Below are positions 51,768-62,560 of a stretch of DNA of 64,000 nt, in pieces. Both the position numbers and the translations under genes were made by a program. The notes below the pieces were generated by a model. It made no database searches, was not told the DNA's origin, and was given only the letters and a program-made list of their open reading frames with translations. The stretch comes from an uncultured Chitinophagaceae bacterium (lineage in GTDB: Bacteria; Bacteroidota; Bacteroidia; Chitinophagales; Chitinophagaceae): positions 59,033-123,032 of the forward strand of contig CAWDCB010000018.1 of NCBI GenBank assembly GCA_963800635.1, given 5' to 3'. Every line of letters begins with the position of its first letter. Position 1 is the first letter of the stretch.

Positions 51768-53300
51768 TTGAAAAAACTTTTTACAATACCCGGGAAGATA
51801 GAATGGAGAGATCGTAGCTTGTATGGATTTATATTTATTTATAGTGCCGTTCTCATTTTTCTTGCCTGTAAATTAAATATCTGGGAAGATGAAGCTTACT
51901 CATTACACACCACCTCTACTTCCAATAGCCTTGCTACTGTAATAAGGCAGGCCAGCGATTTTGAAGGTCAACCGCCGTTCTATTTCTTACTCCTGGCAAT
52001 ATGGAGGCACATTAATTCGGGAATTTTATTTGCAAGGTTATTATCATTGATTTTTATAGGGTTCAGTTCTTACTTTTTCTATAGGCTTGTTCGTTTGGTA
52101 TCAGGACCCGAGGTTTCAAAATGGATGTTAATCATATTTCTCTTAAACCCTTTTACCGTTTGGGCAGGCCTGGAGATCCGTCTCTATTCCCTGGTAATAT
52201 TACTCTCAACCATTTCAGTTTACAATTTCTTCCGTTTCTATTTAGAAAATAAAACCAGGTATCTATACATATTTTTAATTATATCTCTTATAGGATTATA
52301 CACACAATATTTTTTTATGCTTCAAATTGCCGCCCTTAGCTTTTCACTATTAATATTCAAGGGATGGAAAATTTTTTTTAGAGTATGCCTTTCCTTAATA
52401 CCTCTCGCAATTCTTTTTTTTCCTAACTTATTCTTTCTACACCAACAAGTAACAATGCTGCAATCTCACCGAACAGAATATTCCACCATAAAGAGAATTT
52501 CTGCCGTTTTGCATTCACCACAGGAATTATTGCTGGCAACACCGCTGGTCCCAAATCATTTTGGAATGAAATCCGGCAGCAGCCTACTATTCATTCTATT
52601 TATGATATACGCCTATTTTAAAGTATATAAAAAACAGGCAATTGCCCCCAATTTCTATTTAGAAAAAATTAATTTCATTCTCCTTACTGTTTGTGGCCTC
52701 GTACTTCTATACTGTGCTCTTATTGGTACTACCGGCCTCATTTTTCTAACAAGATACATGGCAGTTATCTTCCCTTTATTTATTTTGATGTTTACCTTGT
52801 TTAAAACGAATCCTTTTTTTAATAGTAACCTTATCTACGCAAGTATTTCAGTATTTTATATTTCATTACTTATACTACACTATAAAAATCCGGTAAAAAA
52901 TTACGATTTTATATCAGCCGGAAAATACCTGGAAAAAATTGAACATAGCAGAGAACCGGTTTTATTCTATAGTAAGGGCCTTCTGCCACCTTTTACTTAT
53001 TATTATGCAGGACCAAATATCCTTATTCCGCTACCGGCTCTTAAATTTGATCATACTTATTATGAAGAAAATATAAATGATACATCAGAATTGAAGAAGG
53101 CTATTGCAAAAATTAATTCTCCCAGCAAATCATATATAATTATGACAGATAACTCTGAGAGCTATAAATATAATTTTAATATGAACCAGGATATTATCAA
53201 TGAATGTTTAAAGGCAAATTATAAGATTACTTTAGACACTTCAATTTTAGGAGAAAACAAAAACCATACGCTCAGAATCAGGCGACTCGAAATGAAGTAA
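51768..53300 (+). CDS. GT-C membrane glycosyltransferase (PMT/ArnT-like)
   Basis: WEDEAYS, PPFYFLLL, EIRLYSL; many TMs. Confidence 0.82.
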   Translation: MKKLFTIPGKIEWRDRSLYGFIFIYSAVLIFLACKLNIWEDEAYSLHTTSTSNSLATVIRQASDFEGQPPFYFLLLAIWRHINSGILFARLLSLIFIGFSSYFFYRLVRLVSGPEVSKWMLIIFLLNPFTVWAGLEIRLYSLVILLSTISVYNFFRFYLENKTRYLYIFLIISLIGLYTQYFFMLQIAALSFSLLIFKGWKIFFRVCLSLIPLAILFFPNLFFLHQQVTMLQSHRTEYSTIKRISAVLHSPQELLLATPLVPNHFGMKSGSSLLFILFMIYAYFKVYKKQAIAPNFYLEKINFILLTVCGLVLLYCALIGTTGLIFLTRYMAVIFPLFILMFTLFKTNPFFNSNLIYASISVFYISLLILHYKNPVKNYDFISAGKYLEKIEHSREPVLFYSKGLLPPFTYYYAGPNILIPLPALKFDHTYYEENINDTSELKKAIAKINSPSKSYIIMTDNSESYKYNFNMNQDIINECLKANYKITLDTSILGENKNHTLRIRRLEMK

Positions 53301-53482
53301 TGCTCCGTATAATATATTACAAATAGCGCTTTACTTTTTTTCTCTATAAACTATAAATAATTCCTATAAAAATCCGATACATGCAAAAGAAATAAGGTAG
53401 ATATTTACTAAATTAGATATATAAAATAATATAATACAGTCTTCTCTCTTTGGAGTGAAGTACTCATAAAAAAATAAAGAAG

Positions 53483-54436
53483 TTGGAACATCAAAAAGAC
53501 GATTTACTTGATTTAGTTCCGGTTCAATGTTGCATATGTGAATCGGATGACGCGGAACCAGTTGGTACGGGCAAAGATTTTGAATACAATTCAAGTGCCG
53601 ATACGTTTTTCGCAATGAAATGTAATTCATGCGGTTTAGTTTATTTAAACCCGCGTCCGGCTATTTCTGAGTTCGGCAAGATTTACCCATCGAATTATCA
53701 TGCTTTCGATTTTTCCGAAAAGGACTTTGGGATTGTTTATAAGATCAGATCGCGGCTTGAAGCAAACCGGCTTCTTAGTTTCTGTAAAGGTTTGCCCGCA
53801 GATGCGCGGATCCTGGATGTTGGTTGCGGAGACGGCTTTCATTTGAAACTATTGCGCCAATATGGTAAAAAATCCTGGGAGCTTGAAGGAATTGACATTG
53901 ATAAGCGAGCCATAGAAATGGCGGAAAAGTCGGGCTTATCTGTTCATCACGGAAGTATAGAATCAATCGCCTTGCCGCAAAACAGGTTTGATTTGGCCCT
54001 CATGATCCAAACAATTGAACATGTGGAAAAACCTGCTGAAGTTTTAATGGCTGTCCGCAACTTCCTAAAACCGGGCGGCAGGTTAGTTATCGTAACAGAT
54101 AATACCGATTCACTTGATTTCAGGTTTTTTAAAAAAAGCTATTGGGGCGGCTATCATTTTCCACGGCATTGGAATTTATTCAATCGAAACTCATTAAAAA
54201 GGCTGGCTGAAAAAAATGACTTTGAGGTTGTCCATTTAGGCACTCAGTATAGCCCTGTAAATTGGGTTTATTCAATTCATAATTGGCTGGTTGCAAAAAA
54301 AAGCTCCCGCAGGCTTATAAATCGCTTCACTCTTAAATCGACTATTTCCTTGTCTGTTTTCACCGCTCTTGATATCGTTTTAAATAAATTTCGCCGGGGA
54401 GCACTCTTACGGGCAATTTTAAGAAAACCTTTATGA
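53483..54436 (+). CDS. Class I SAM methyltransferase with N-terminal Cys-rich region
   Basis: CCIC..CNSCG; ILDVGCGDG; IEHV; PRHWNLF. Confidence 0.88.
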   Translation: MEHQKDDLLDLVPVQCCICESDDAEPVGTGKDFEYNSSADTFFAMKCNSCGLVYLNPRPAISEFGKIYPSNYHAFDFSEKDFGIVYKIRSRLEANRLLSFCKGLPADARILDVGCGDGFHLKLLRQYGKKSWELEGIDIDKRAIEMAEKSGLSVHHGSIESIALPQNRFDLALMIQTIEHVEKPAEVLMAVRNFLKPGGRLVIVTDNTDSLDFRFFKKSYWGGYHFPRHWNLFNRNSLKRLAEKNDFEVVHLGTQYSPVNWVYSIHNWLVAKKSSRRLINRFTLKSTISLSVFTALDIVLNKFRRGALLRAILRKPL

Positions 54437-54704
54437 GTGTCTTTACATTGCCGGGAAGGGGCTGGTACAAATGCACCTTGCATTATCAACCGAATTCTTT
54501 CAAATGATTGCTGTCCGGTTTATTACTCATAAAAAAATAATTTAAATCATTCGACACTAACTTCGATTTATCTGCAATCCTTCTGCCTGAGACGTTCATT
54601 TGCAAATAAATCGCATGAATTCCGGGTATGCTTTTTGTGTGGCGCATACTATCTTTCATTACTAATTTGATTATTAATTACTAAAGTTTAATTCTACTAA
54701 CAAC

Positions 54705-56093
54705 ATGAAACCACATGAACCCATTGCTATTATAGGGGGAGGTCTTGCGGGGTTGACTGCAGCAAATTTATTAAAGGCCAATAATGTGCCGTTTGTTCTT
54801 TATGAAGCCGGTAAAAAAATTTCAGGGATGGCCGCAAGTTTTAAAGACGCGGAAGGGTTTAGTTATGATTTTGGCGCACATTTCGTTACCAATCGTTTGG
54901 CAGATGCAATCGGCGTAGGCTCCGACTGCCGGATCGTAAAATATTACGGAGAATCCGTTTGGCTCAAAGGCAAGACTTACAGTTACCCGTTTGGTTTGGT
55001 GAAAATTCCGAGAATGACTTTAAGCTGGGTTAGCGAACGCATGAAATTATTGAATAAAGAGCAGGAGCTAAATTCGGCAGCAGATTGGTTTCACAGGCGC
55101 TATGGATCGGCACTGGCAGGTGAAATTGCTTTGCCACTCCTTGAAGCCTGGTCAGGCGCACCTGCAGAAGACCTTTCACCTGCCGTAGGCGAGGGTTTGT
55201 TTGGCGGCAGTATTGCAAAAACGTTATACCTGAAAACCGCCGGTAAACTTACAGGCCGTGCGGTTTCTTGTGGTTACAACCGCGAGAAACCCGAAACACC
55301 TCGTGTATGGCACGTTTATCCGCAGGGGGGTGTTTCCAGGTTGTGTGAAAAACTCGCGGAAGGTTTGGAAGATTCTATCAAACTTGACTCCCCGGTGGAA
55401 GCCGTGCTTGTCGAAAACGAGAAAGTAGTTGGGGTTCGCGTAAAAGGGAAAGAGCATAAAGTTTCAGCCGCTATCAGCACCGCCCCCGTCAATGTACTTG
55501 CAAAACTTGTAAAGGGCAGCACCGCTTTGCAAAAAGCTGTAAATTTCCGTTACCGGCCAATGGTTTTTGTCAACTTGAGATTTGAGGGCCGCGGACTTTT
55601 ACCTGATACTGTAATGTGGTTCCCGGGAAAAGAGTTTCCTTTTTTCCGTCTTACCGAGGCTCCACTTTCGATGCCCTGGCTGGCTCCCAAAGGTAAAACG
55701 ATGATTACTGTTGACATTGGTTGTCAAAAAGACGATGAGATTTGGACCATGGATGAGCAAAGGCTGACAGACCTTTGTTTGGAACACCTGGCAAAAGTGA
55801 TTCCTGCCGCAAAAAAGAGATTTTTAGGAATGAATGTTTTGCGAACACCGATAGCCTACCCGGTTTTTCTTAATGAATATGAACAGGACCGTCAGAATTT
55901 CGAGCAATCAACGAATATCGAAAACCTTTTGAGTGTTGGACGTAACGGTGAATTTTCACACATTTTCATGGAAGACGTTTATTGGCGTACTTTAAAAAAA
56001 GTGCAGCATTTAATTGAAACAAATTACAAAGGCGGAAAGACCAGTTTAACAAGCAGGAAAAAAATAAAAGCTGATTTTTCATCAGAACGGTAA
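54705..56093 (+). CDS. FAD-dependent oxidoreductase (protoporphyrinogen oxidase/amine oxidase-like)
   Basis: IIGGGLAGL, FSYDFGAH, YPQGG, GRNGEF. Confidence 0.85.
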   Translation: MKPHEPIAIIGGGLAGLTAANLLKANNVPFVLYEAGKKISGMAASFKDAEGFSYDFGAHFVTNRLADAIGVGSDCRIVKYYGESVWLKGKTYSYPFGLVKIPRMTLSWVSERMKLLNKEQELNSAADWFHRRYGSALAGEIALPLLEAWSGAPAEDLSPAVGEGLFGGSIAKTLYLKTAGKLTGRAVSCGYNREKPETPRVWHVYPQGGVSRLCEKLAEGLEDSIKLDSPVEAVLVENEKVVGVRVKGKEHKVSAAISTAPVNVLAKLVKGSTALQKAVNFRYRPMVFVNLRFEGRGLLPDTVMWFPGKEFPFFRLTEAPLSMPWLAPKGKTMITVDIGCQKDDEIWTMDEQRLTDLCLEHLAKVIPAAKKRFLGMNVLRTPIAYPVFLNEYEQDRQNFEQSTNIENLLSVGRNGEFSHIFMEDVYWRTLKKVQHLIETNYKGGKTSLTSRKKIKADFSSER

Positions 56094-56390
56094 CGAATCA
56101 GCAGGCGACCTTAACAAAATGAAGCGGTGGCCTGGGCGTATGCATTATGGCATAAACTGAACGGTTAAATAACGGGTAACATGCAATCGTTAAAGATATT
56201 GTCTCGATCAAATGTTTCGTGATACCTAACTTTTTTAAAACTGTCTCCCGTCACCTGCAGGCTTTAAATAATTAGCAAAGCAAGATCTCATTCTGGGATC
56301 TTGCTTTGTGTAATGGTTAATTTGCGCTACACGGCGTTGCCATGTAAAAGCTTCCAGCTAATTGCCTCCGCTTTTCAAGCATCGAAAACA

Positions 56391-57248
56391 TTATTTTTTG
56401 CCCGTGCTGACACTCTCGGCAGCAACTTCCACCCATCCACCGTTGCTTTTGACAAACGTTGCCGTGGTCATAAACTTCCCGTCAAGGTTCTGGTTTCCCG
56501 GAGCGAAATGAGATTCACCATTAAACGTTGCAACTGCGGCATTTCCATACATTTGAATTTTTACATTGCTAATGTTGATAGATGTGTATTTGAGTTTACC
56601 CGACTTTATCGCGGCGAGCCGCTCCGCTTTATTCGCCGAAGCACCATTAACGCCGACAAACGTGTAAGTGTCTGCCCAAATACGGTCAAGCTCAGTAGCA
56701 TTGTTCGTTTGAAGTGCTTTAACGAGGTCATTAATCACCTGCTGAACGCCTTGTTCTTCATTTCCGCTACCAGCCTGGTTCCATTTGGAAAAATCTCCGT
56801 ATATGGCCTCTCTCACTATTTTGCCATCGCTGTTAAAATCATCGAAGATCACAATTGGAACCTTTACAATTTCCCCTGTCTTTTTTGATTTGCCTGACAA
56901 CGTCCACCAGGATTGAACTACCTTTTGGTCCAGATCTTTGTAATGAATGTAATCGGGATATCCAAATGGTTTTTGCGTGATGCTGTCGTACACATCAAAA
57001 TCGCTCATCCAGCTTTTGAAGGCCTCTGCCATCGGAATGCCCCTTTTTATTCCGGACATCCAATATGTGGCTGTATCGGAATAAAGCGTTTTCAAGGTTG
57101 CAACATCCCTGGCTTCGTACGCCTTTGCAGATGTATTTATCGCATCTATGTAAGGATGCTTAATGTAAACAATTCCGTTCTCTTCCTGCTGGCAGAAGGC
57201 GGCAGTACCTGATAAAAACAGGCTAATAGTTACGATAATCTTTTTCAT
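56391..57248 (-). CDS. Secreted protein with two NTF2/SnoaL-like (DUF4440) domains
   Basis: Signal peptide; PFGYPDYIHY domain, then LDRIWADTYTFVG..YGNAAV..W domain. Confidence 0.75.
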   Translation of the reverse strand: MKKIIVTISLFLSGTAAFCQQEENGIVYIKHPYIDAINTSAKAYEARDVATLKTLYSDTATYWMSGIKRGIPMAEAFKSWMSDFDVYDSITQKPFGYPDYIHYKDLDQKVVQSWWTLSGKSKKTGEIVKVPIVIFDDFNSDGKIVREAIYGDFSKWNQAGSGNEEQGVQQVINDLVKALQTNNATELDRIWADTYTFVGVNGASANKAERLAAIKSGKLKYTSINISNVKIQMYGNAAVATFNGESHFAPGNQNLDGKFMTTATFVKSNGGWVEVAAESVSTGKK

Positions 57249-57727
57249 TTTTTCAGTTTTTTTTATTAAAATTTTCCCTACTCGTTTGGCTTTTCGGATG
57301 CGCCCCCGCAAGATTACCTCTGCGGGCAAGGCTTGTGCTACTATTTTGTGGTTTTTAAACCGATAATTTCAGGACAGCGTTGTTGAACACTATCAATAAT
57401 AGGTGCCGGATCATGCGGTTAACAGAGCTTTCTACCGGTGATTTTCCAATCATCGAAAGTCAGAAGCCGCAAAGTTTCTATGGTTGGCGGTTGTATACTA
57501 TGGGAGTTACAGGGCTATTTTAAGCGAAATTGGATTATTTTTTTAATACCGGCTTATTCCATAAATATAGAAAGAATTAATCCTTTTATGCAGCGATCAG
57601 GACGAAGGGGGGTAAAAATTGTCCGGATACCCAAATTCATTTACCGGGCAATCAAGCGGAAAAATTGTATTTCAAAAAATCCCCGGGGGTGCGGGAATTA
57701 GAATCAATGTATCAAACTTCAAATTTA

Positions 57728-59857
57728 TTAGTTTACAGGCAAGATGACTTTAAACTCTGTTCCTTCAGTTTCCTTTGTTTCCACCATTATTTCTCCGCCA
57801 TGTGCTTTTATAATATCATAGCTTAATGATAAACCCAGCCCGGTTCCCTGTCCTGTAGGCTTGGTGGTGAAAAACGGCTGAAATATCTTATCAACGATGT
57901 TTGAAGAAATACCATTGCCATTATCCTTCACCGTTAGTATAATCGCATTCCTGCCCTTCTCCAAAGGAGAGGGAGCAGAATGTTTGGTACTTACAGTAAT
58001 CGTTGGTTCGTAACCGTTAGGTTGTTGTTTTGCTTTTTCATTTACTGCATAAAAAGCATTGTTATATAGATTCAATAACACTCTTGAAACATCCGTTGGA
58101 ATAATATTTATTTTTCCAATGTGTTCATCAAAATCAGTATTCAATGTTGCATTAAAGCTCTTGTCTTTTGCTCTCATACCGTGGTAGCTTAGACGCAGGT
58201 ATTCGTCTGCCAGGGCATTAATATCTGTTGGTTCTTTTTGCCCTGACGTTTTTCTTGAATGCAGCAACATGCCTTTTACAATGTCATCTGCACGCCTGCC
58301 GTGATGATTTATCTTTTCTTCATTTTCCTTTATGTCATTGGAGATAGCAATAGCTTCTTCTGTATTGCCTGCCTTTAATTCTGTTTGCAGTTCACCAACC
58401 AGTTCTTTATTTACTTCTGAAAAGTTATTTACAAAGTTTAAAGGGTTTTGTATCTCATGGGCAATGCCTGCGGTAAGTTCTCCAAGCGAAGCCATTTTTT
58501 CGGATTGTATGAGTTGGGATTGGGTAGACTTTAGTTCTTCCAGAGATTTTTTTAATGCAGTAGTGCGTTCCTGCACCTGCTCTTCAAGCGTTTCATTTTG
58601 AGACGCAAGCAGCTGCTGTCTTTCACGTTCTTTCTTTAAGTTGTCTTTAGAGAGTTTTTCTATTTCAACAAGCTGTACTTCTAAATTTTTACTCTTGCGT
58701 GCAAAATTTATAGCCAGGTAGAGAGTAATCATTATAAAGTTTGCCATCATTATAGAAGCAAGAAAGTACTCTACATCCCAATTAACATGGAAATATGGAA
58801 AGAAAAAGTAAAGATTGATCACGCAACTATTGAGAGCAACGATTCCAATAATGTATTTTCTCCGCCGAAAGGCAGGTATACTTAAGTATAAGAATGTAGC
58901 AGTAACGGCTACATGAACTGTAAAAACGAATGCAAAAAAAACATCGCCAAAAAATAAGAACCGCAAGCTATCAATTATAAAAATGAAAAAAATGAGCCAC
59001 ACAAAAACCGCTATACGATTGAAAACAACAAGGGAGATTATTGAGAGCACTAATGTTCCTTCTATAATACCATTGGAGTCTTGAAGGTATGATACCAAAC
59101 CATACTGGCTAATGCTTAAACTTCCCTGTGAAAGCTTATACGAAAGCAGAGAATAAGTTGCTGCAAAAAGCGAAAGACCGCCAAATAAAAGGTTTACTTT
59201 TTCTTTAGTAAAGAAAGCATAAAGCAGTATAAATAAAAGCGCAAGAGGTACAAACAAGTAAGACTGATTTACAAGTATTCTTGCCTGTTTTACATTAGCC
59301 TCATAAGTATCGAATGCGTTTGACCAGGAATTGATCCTGACAGTTAGTGGTAATTTATTTCTAAAGCTAAACAGCCAGATGCGAGAGGGTACCTCACTTG
59401 CAAATCGTATAGCAATAACGATTGAATCACCAATAGTAAAGGGTAACAATAAAGGTTTATCAACAGGATTAAAGCTTTTATAATCCAAAGATGCTTCAAT
59501 AAAGCCTAATTGTTGAAACAGCTTCCCGTTCAAATAAATTTCTGAAGCACCTAGTTGCGACATCTGAATGGCTAATTGCTTCTTCTGAATTGCAGAATCA
59601 ATTAAAAGATTTAACCGGAACCAACCGATATTTTTAGTTTTGAATTGTGGTAAATAAGTATTGTAATTAGAGAGTTCAACGTGCGTCCATTTGATATCAT
59701 CATAGTTTTGTTTTGCCCATTCTGGATTATCGCCTGCCTGAAATTTCCAGCCGCTGTTTAACACAATACCATCTTCAGGCATTGAATTAATTATTTGCGT
59801 TTGAGAAAAAGCGGCACTCCCTGAAAGAAAGATAATTATTATGAGTAAGCTTTTCAT
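57728..59857 (-). CDS. Sensor histidine kinase with sugar-binding-like N-terminus and 7TM region
   Basis: WKFQAGDNPEWA; TMs; QSEKMASLGELTAGIAHEIQNP; FTTKPTGQGTGLGL. Confidence 0.93.
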   Translation of the reverse strand: MKSLLIIIIFLSGSAAFSQTQIINSMPEDGIVLNSGWKFQAGDNPEWAKQNYDDIKWTHVELSNYNTYLPQFKTKNIGWFRLNLLIDSAIQKKQLAIQMSQLGASEIYLNGKLFQQLGFIEASLDYKSFNPVDKPLLLPFTIGDSIVIAIRFASEVPSRIWLFSFRNKLPLTVRINSWSNAFDTYEANVKQARILVNQSYLFVPLALLFILLYAFFTKEKVNLLFGGLSLFAATYSLLSYKLSQGSLSISQYGLVSYLQDSNGIIEGTLVLSIISLVVFNRIAVFVWLIFFIFIIDSLRFLFFGDVFFAFVFTVHVAVTATFLYLSIPAFRRRKYIIGIVALNSCVINLYFFFPYFHVNWDVEYFLASIMMANFIMITLYLAINFARKSKNLEVQLVEIEKLSKDNLKKERERQQLLASQNETLEEQVQERTTALKKSLEELKSTQSQLIQSEKMASLGELTAGIAHEIQNPLNFVNNFSEVNKELVGELQTELKAGNTEEAIAISNDIKENEEKINHHGRRADDIVKGMLLHSRKTSGQKEPTDINALADEYLRLSYHGMRAKDKSFNATLNTDFDEHIGKINIIPTDVSRVLLNLYNNAFYAVNEKAKQQPNGYEPTITVSTKHSAPSPLEKGRNAIILTVKDNGNGISSNIVDKIFQPFFTTKPTGQGTGLGLSLSYDIIKAHGGEIMVETKETEGTEFKVILPVN

Positions 59858-60120
59858 GATGAGAGGGTATTAGATAAATAAATCATGAATGTACTTCCTT
59901 CACCTTCCTTTGTTTCAGCTCTAATTTCACAACCATGAGCTTTTATAACATCATAACTTAGGCTCAAGCCCAGTCCCGTTCCTTGCCCGGTTGGCTTGGT
60001 AGTAAGGAATGGCTGAAAGATTTTATCAATACTATTTTGCGGAATACTACTGCCATAATCGCTTAGAAAAATAACCGAGGTTTTTTGACATAAGAGCCTT
60101 CCTAAAAGAAATCTTTTCAT
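59854..60120 (-). pseudogene. Internally deleted histidine kinase remnant (HATPase tail only)
   Basis: About 20 N-terminal residues joined to DKIFQPFLTTKPTGQGTGLGLSLSYDVIKAHG. Confidence 0.75.
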
Positions 60121-60216
60121 GCAGTAGTGTTGATATTTAATGATAATGCTCCCGGTTTTCGTGATTTCTCACAGGTGCTAACGAAAAAATGAAATTGAAC
60201 TATAAAAATAATTTTA

Positions 60217-62179
60217 TCAGCTTATGGGTAAGATGATCTTGAATTCTGTTCCTTCACCTTCTTTTGTTTCCACCTTTATTTCTCCGCCATGTGCTTTAAT
60301 AATATCATAGCTTAATGATAAACCCAAGTCCTGTTCCCTGCCCCGTTGGTTTAGTGGTAAAGAAAGGTTGAAAGATTTTATCGAATTATTTGTTGTGGGA
60401 TTCCACCGCCATTATCTTTTACTCTTATTTCAACTTTATCATTGATTTTTTTTGTAGTTACTGAAACAGTTGGCTCATAACCTTGAGGTTGCACTTTTCT
60501 TTTTTCCATAACGGCATAAAAAGCATTGTTATATAAATTCAATAGTACCCTTCCTATATCCTGCGAGATGATATCTATTTCACCAAGGCTACTATCAAAA
60601 TCAGTTTTAATTGCCAAGTTGAACGATTTGTCTTTCGCCCGCATGCCATGGTAGCTGAGCCTTAAATATTCATCAGCTAAAGCGTTAATATCTGTAGGTT
60701 CCTTTTGCCCTGTGCTGGTTCTTGAATGTTGCAACATGCCTTTTACAATGGCATCTGCCCGCTTTCCATGATGATTTATTTTTTGTTCATTTTCTTCTAT
60801 GCTGCTTGCAATAGATTTTACTTCTTCATAATTGCCTTTATTAATTTCACCTTTCATTTCTGCAAGCAAATCTTTATTTACTTCAGAGAAATTGTTTACG
60901 AAGTTTAAAGGGTTTTGAATTTCATGAGATATGCCTGCAGTGAGTTCGCCAAGAGATGCCATTTTTTCCTTCTGAATCAGCAAGGCCTGTGTGGATTGTA
61001 ATTCTTCTAATGTTTGCTGCAGGCGCTCCTTCTGATATCTATCTCCTGTTTTTGTTTTTGTAATAAAGCATACGCTTTTTTCCGGCGCCGGTTGCCACGC
61101 CATAAAAAGAGGGCTATTGACAAAAAAGAACCTACCACAGCTAAAAGCGCATATATCTTCAGGCGGCTGCTGTATTTTGCCTGTGTGGCCTGCATTTCCT
61201 GTTCCCTTAGTTGTGCGTCGAAAACAAGGCCGTTTACACGGCTTTTTTCCTGGTTATACAGGCTGTCTTTTATCGACATGCTGATTTTGTAATAACGTAT
61301 AGCTTCGACTGGATTTGTTTTTTCGCATGCCCATGACAATAGCTCCGCGGCCTGCATTGCTCCCTTTCGGTAATGAATAGTTTGTGCCGTGTCCAGGGCT
61401 GTTTTAGCATAGTTGCGGCACGAGTCCATTTGGTTTTTTTTGCAATATATGGTAGCAATGCCGTTATTTATTTCGACCTGGTCGTTTCTTGCTGTCATTT
61501 TAAAAGTTGACCGGTAAAAATAAATGGCCGAATCAAATTGATTTCTTTTTGCATAAACATTACCCAACACCAAAGCCGGGTACGTCCAATCCTGCTTCAG
61601 TTCACGATCTTTCGCAAAACCCCTTTTTGCAAAGAACAAAGCCGAATCTAACCTGTTTCCCTCCAGGTAAGCATCTGCTATGCAAATATCAGAATACGAT
61701 AACTGTTCCGCATCGTGTCTTGCTTCATACATTTTTCTCGCATCAAAATAGTAGCGTAACGCCTGTCTATAATCACCTACTCCCCTATAAATATCTCCTA
61801 TGGCACTTCCCATTTCGCTCACATCAACAGTTCTCTTCATTTGCCGGTATAGATTCATTGCTTTCAATGCATATTGAATAGATTGCGAGTAATCACCGAG
61901 CACCCAATAAGCTTGCTGCAGCCATGCATAAGCCGTTGCTACGCCATAAGTATACCCAAGTTTTTCGGAAAGCCGCAAAGCGACAGTGGCATAATAGATG
62001 CCTGAATCGGGCTGGTTATAAGTATCATAACTACATATTTGTAACAGGCGGTTGACCTGTGTTGTGTCTTCTTTATTTTCTTTACTGATTATATTTTTTA
62101 AACTGTCTGTATTTAAAAACTGGGCAAAGCCGGAAGCAGTGCAACACGATAAAGCAAGTATGATAATACTTCTCTTCAT
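60217..62179 (-). CDS. TPR-repeat sensor histidine kinase (two indels)
   Basis: TPR region, TM, QKEKMASLGELTAGISHEIQNP, HATPase ending ILPIS*. Confidence 0.9.
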
Positions 62180-62560
62180 AAAGAGATTCGTTTAATTAAC
62201 TGTTGTCTGAATGGTAAATCGCTTCCTTCTGCTTTTTAGTTTCCACCTTAGTCCCTCCCATATGGTTTTTATAATATTTAACTTAAAGATAAATCTAATC
62301 CTGTATCTGGTTCCTGTTGGTTTCTTAACCAACGGAAAATAAAAAAGTTTTATCATCATCTTTATTGAAAAAAGCCGTAACCATCCTCTCTTATAGGAGA
62401 CATTTATGAAATGAAATAACAAAACCAAACGGGAAAATTATTAGTTCAGGATTGCCCGAAACCGCCACCCGGGTCCTGGCAGCGAAATAAGAACAATGCG
62501 TTGGCTGCGGTTTTAAAACGAACCAACCAACGAAATAAGATACCGGTTGTTTTATTCTTT

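Noticed and set aside
8-62179. Numerous frameshifts as programmed frameshifting, phase variation or genome decay
   Set aside because: They hit essential genes (rplB, rplW, rplD, ssb), are single-base and scattered, and the reading frames are otherwise intact. Sequencing or consensus error is far more likely.
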